This document shows, in pieces, positions 62,887 through 64,000 of a stretch of DNA of 64,000 bases; positions within the stretch are counted from its first letter, which is position 1; the number at the start of each line of letters is the position of its first letter. This DNA comes from Callorhinchus milii (Eukaryota). The stretch is from the NCBI RefSeq assembly GCF_018977255.1, contig NW_024704742.1, positions 109,246,001 through 109,310,000 on the forward strand. The letters run 5' to 3'. The position numbers were made by a program, and so were the translations under genes. Under the pieces are notes generated by a model that ran no database searches, was not told where the DNA came from, and saw only the letters and a list, made by a program, of their open reading frames with translations.

Positions 62887-64000
62887 GGGTGGGTGTGGTG
62901 GGGGGTGGTTGATGAGAATAAGCATTTTCAAACTGCTGAAAAAACACCACAATATTTAAAGGATGGTTCCTATAAATGTCAAAAATAACTCAGTTGAAGT
63001 GGGAGGTAAAATTCCCCAATGTTACTTCATGCAGAAAAAAAAATTCTATTTGGGTGAGTGAAGTGAGCAGAGATACATATCCAATCATTTTTTAACTAAT
63101 AAGGGAGTTTGAGTTGTCTCTTTGTTATGCTGATTTTTGGGGGGTTATAGAAAGATTTCTGGAAAAAAATAAAAGTTCAAGCTATAGACTAGCTAATGTG
63201 TCAGTGTTTCCACTTCCCACTGTACTCCAGTCACACAATTCAAACACTGCTCATTTAGTTTACCTTCTTATCACCAATGACTCAGATCTATCTGCCAGCT
63301 CAGTTTCCAGTGGATTAGATGGCAACCTCCTCCTGCATTGTTCTGCTTGTTAAACTGTACTACGACTACAATAGATACTTAATAGATTCTTAGCAGTAGA
63401 TTGTCGGTTTGGTTATTGCAGGCTACTCTTCCAGGGCTATTGTGCAGTTGTATTAGAAAGTGACGAGAACTAATCAATTTGCAAATTTGTTTGAACTCTT
63501 CTAAAGGGACACTGTATCCATGTAATATTGTTGGGCAAGCATTTGATTGTTTTTTTGTTTACAAGCATGATGGTGTGAATCACTTCTATATTGTGCCATT
63601 TGCATAGGGACAAAAATGATGTACATATTTTCTCTCTTTCAAATAAAATAATGCTTTATCATGAAAATTATGTTCCTTTAAAAAAGTAGAGGCTGATCTG
63701 CAGGAGGAGATCATTCTTCGTGTGTATGGTCCTGTTGCCCCAATATTTTTATATGCATTTCAGTTTGACTAATGTTCTTAATTTAGAAATTGTATCAAAA
63801 AATCCCAGTAAAATTTAGTCTATGTTTTTGATAATAAGGAATTTAGAGAAGTTCCCATTCTCCTCCTCAACCCACGCCCCTCCATGACTCAGATGGTGAA
63901 ATCACGACCTAATGAAACTAAGCCATATAGACTAGGATTCAGAGCTGTGCTTTGTTTGCTGAGCTCATCTGACACAACAGTGGTGATCATACAACAACAA

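Larger units (their letters stand above)
4941..64000 (+). other. MCTP1: Presumed intron 1 of MCTP1 (runs beyond window)
   Basis: No C2-domain-encoding exon recognised downstream; sequence is repeat-rich and AT-rich. MCTP1 intron 1 is also very large in mammals. Confidence 0.75.

Overview
Vertebrate genomic DNA, not prokaryotic. The repeat complement (tRNA-derived SINEs with (ATT)n tails, Deu-domain SINEs, L2, CR1, Penelope) suggests a cartilaginous fish, most likely a chimaera or elephant shark (inference). The only well-supported protein-coding feature is the first coding exon of MCTP1 (4422-4940, + strand, phase-0 GTGAGT donor). It sits in a CpG island bracketed by G/T-rich low-complexity tracts. 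The remaining ~59 kb looks like the very large first intron, densely filled with decayed retroelements and a few DNA-transposon relics. Most ORFs in the supplied track are artefacts of these repeats. Most notable observations: (1) a Penelope-like element end carrying an apparently intact minimal type I hammerhead ribozyme, plus three decayed hammerhead relics; (2) a 5'-truncated tRNA-Glu(CTC) copy fused 10 bp upstream of a full-length SINE; (3) a 3' stem-loop shared by the SINE and L2; (4) candidate alternative or cassette MCTP1 exons in the correct phase; (5) a possible divergent spliced transcript upstream; (6) unclassified inverted and dispersed repeats. I found no convincing wholly new biological system. 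Repeat boundaries are approximate and family names come from recalled consensus similarity, not from a database search.
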